Notes under the pieces: generated by a model
The model's input: only the letters and a program-made list of their open reading frames with translations
Database searches by the model: none
Told to the model about the DNA's origin: nothing
Position numbers and translations under genes: made by a program
Shown: positions 61,688-64,000 of the stretch, piece after piece
How positions within the stretch are numbered: position 1 is the stretch's first letter
How the letters are laid out: every line of letters starts with the position of its first letter
Assembly: GCF_009834535.1 (NCBI RefSeq)
Contig: NC_045696.1
Span: 108,006,001-108,070,000 of the forward strand
Reading direction: 5' to 3'
DNA from: Camelus ferus
Taxonomy: Eukaryota
DNA length: 64,000 bases

Positions 61688-62691
61688 CCTTAGTCTCCTA
61701 AAACAAAATTGTACTCATCTAAAACTGTAAAGAAAATTAATCTAAGTATATGCCACCTTTTAGAGTCTTTTGCAAACCTCCACCAGCTGGGAAACCTCAG
61801 AGCATCATTTTCATGCTAAGGGGCGCTTTTCAGAAACTTGTAGAACATCTGAAGGGAGAGAGAATTTGTAAGCGATCCTCAGGCCAATTAACTTGGCCCG
61901 TTTTTAAGAAACAAGAATGATTATCTCGGAGATTAATTAAGCCTGCTAACGGTGATGGTAGACTAGAACCTGAGTGGTCCCATAAATTCTTCTCCCCTGG
62001 TTTAGAATGAACACATCACAGGCAAAAGGGTAGAGGTTATTAAAGTGAATGAGGTTGTTGCCCTTTACAGGTCGATGGCGCCCTTTCATTTCACAGCAGC
62101 AGGTAAAAGAGAGGAGGAGAAATCTTCATCGCCTTCACATTTGGATTATAGAGTGCATTCTCTAATGTAATATGAAATATCATCCTAATGAATTAGTCTT
62201 AAAAATGCTGCCTATCAGAGTAATGAACAGAGTGCCTGGAAGTCCAGGATTGCTTCTGCCAGTGACATCAGAAACCATCCAGAGAAAGTAGTTATCATCC
62301 AGTGCCTCATCTCCGAGGATTTAATGGCTCTGAGAGACATGGGGAAGAATGAGTTCAGATTTTAATAAGAAATGCCTCTGAAATGGCTGAATCTTTATTT
62401 TTGATTATGGAGAAAAAAATATTGTCCACTGGTCCTTAAAAGCTCTCAGACCTTTTGGCCTGAAGTGATGGAGACTGGAAAAACCCAGGAACAGCATCTT
62501 TCAAGCTAAATGAGACCCTCAGATCATACACTACCTGCGACAGTGTCTGAGGGACTGGCTTGTGAAGATTCATTTCCCACTGTGGTCTCCTGCCCTGAAT
62601 GAACATTTCAGAAAGAGTTTTGTTCCTCTGCAGTGACAGTCCAGAAGGAGCCATGCTCCAACAGGGGAGTGTCATCTTTCCCCGGCTTTCT

Positions 62692-62808
62692 CTTTTTTTT
62701 CCAAATTTTAAAATTATTAAAAACTTTTTTGATTAAATTTTAATACAATTTTTTTGAAAGTTACACTCCATTTACAGTTATTACAAAATATTGGCTACAT
62801 TCCCCATG
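62692..62808 (-). mobile_element. Very short L1 3' tail with TSD
   Basis: gttacactccatttacagttattacaaaatattggctacattcccc. TSD tttccc(cg/ta)gctttct at 62677-62691 and 62809-62823. Confidence 0.8.
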
Positions 62809-62854
62809 TTTCCCTAGCTTTCTTGATATGCTTGGATTACTTGGGAGTAGTTCC

Positions 62855-63402
62855 ACATGCATCCCTTGCCCACTAACAGAAATGATTTTGTTCAAGTGTC
62901 CAGCTGTCACTCTCTGGGCCCATTCTCAGCCCCGGGAGATAAATCTTTATTATAACAAATCAACCACGTTAATAATGTCCTGCTACCAGTGACAGAATTC
63001 TGGCCAATGAGGTAGAAGTGAAGTGAAGATGGTGATGTTTTGGAAATGTTTTCCTTACTTTTAAGAAGAGATACAAGAAAAGGATGTTCTCTCTAGGCCT
63101 TTGGACATTTTTGTGTGGAGACATGATGTTTGGAGCTGCGGCAGCCATCTTGTCACCATGAGAGTTCAAGCTTGAAGACAAAGGGACAAGCAAAAAGCTG
63201 AGAAGGGCAGAGCCCAAAGGTAGAAAGAACCTGGCTCCTCAGTGACCAGACTGAGCCACTGAATGAAACTGAATATGCCCCAGTTCCACACTTCATGTTA
63301 TGTGATGTAAGTGCTCTTATTTAATTTTCTCTTATTTATTCAAAAGCCTTTTTGAGTTGTGTCTCCTATTACATGTAGCTGAAAGGATTCTAAACTGACA
63401 TA
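62855..63402 (+). mobile_element. MaLR LTR (MLT1J/K-like)
   Basis: ttctggccaatgag...tttggagctgcggcagccatcttgtcaccatgag...gtagctgaaaggattctaaactgacata. Confidence 0.85.
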
Positions 63403-63579
63403 TAGTCACCATCTTTGCCTCCCCTTTCTTTCCTCTTTCCTCTCCTCACCCTCTTTTATGAAGACTTTATTTTTTTTTTTTTTGGTGATATATTAATTAC
63501 TTAACATAAATTATTTTCTGATTTTTATTTGAGCATACTATTTTTTTTTCTCCCAGGCTGCAATTTGCATCAAACTTAG

Positions 63580-64000
63580 TTATTTGTTTATTTATTTATA
63601 TTGAAGTACTGTCAGTTATAATGTGTCAGTTTCTGGTGTACAGCACAATGTCCCAGCCATGTATATACATACAAATACTCATTTCCATATTCTTTTTCAT
63701 TAAAGGTTATTACAAGATATTGAATATAGTTCCCTGTGCTATACAGAAGAAACTTGTTTTTTTTTAATCCAGTAGTTAAATAAATCTCAAACTCCCAAAT
63801 TTATCCCTTCCTACCCCTTTTCCCAGTAGCCATAATATTGTTTACTATGTCTGAGAGTCTGTTTCTGTTTTGTAGATTAGTTCATTAGTGTCCTCTTTTT
63901 TCTTTTTTTAGATTCCATATATGAGTGGGTATCATATCATTTTCTTTCTCTTTCTGGCTTACTTCACTTAGAATGACAGTCTCTAGGTCCATCCATGTTG
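63580..64000 (-). mobile_element. Young camelid-type L1 3' end, running off the window
   Basis: ttgaagtactgtcagttataatgtgtcagtttctggtgtacagcac...ctcccaaatttatcccttcc...tctaggtccatccatgttg. Confidence 0.95.

Noticed and set aside
62066..62084. CTCF-like gatggcgcc (also ggagagaggcgct near 26000)
   Set aside because: Only the 3' half of the motif matches.

Overview
Mammalian, most likely camelid, non-coding DNA: it carries vic-1-type tRNA-derived SINEs and young camelid-type L1 3' ends. I can support no protein-coding exon; the supplied ORFs are spurious or come from repeats. Roughly half the window is interspersed repeat (L1 of several ages, L2, MIR, MaLR and ERV LTRs, hAT MITEs). Between the repeats lie repeat-free, motif-rich blocks that look like conserved enhancers in a gene desert or large intron. 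The main points of interest are: (1) a complete but decayed two-LTR provirus at 56074-60322 with MER77-like LTRs, a tRNA-Ser PBS and a gamma-type env TM remnant; (2) a SNORD112-like C/D snoRNA sequence at the 3' end of an old L1; (3) a retrocopied mRNA 3'UTR inside an L2; (4) a composite retro-insertion bounded by an 18-bp TSD; (5) a SINE with a long modular tail free of TTTT; (6) a template-switch hairpin in a MER58A; (7) a CTCF plus RFX module. Repeat family names come from my recollection of consensus sequences, not from a search. Boundaries without a TSD are approximate.
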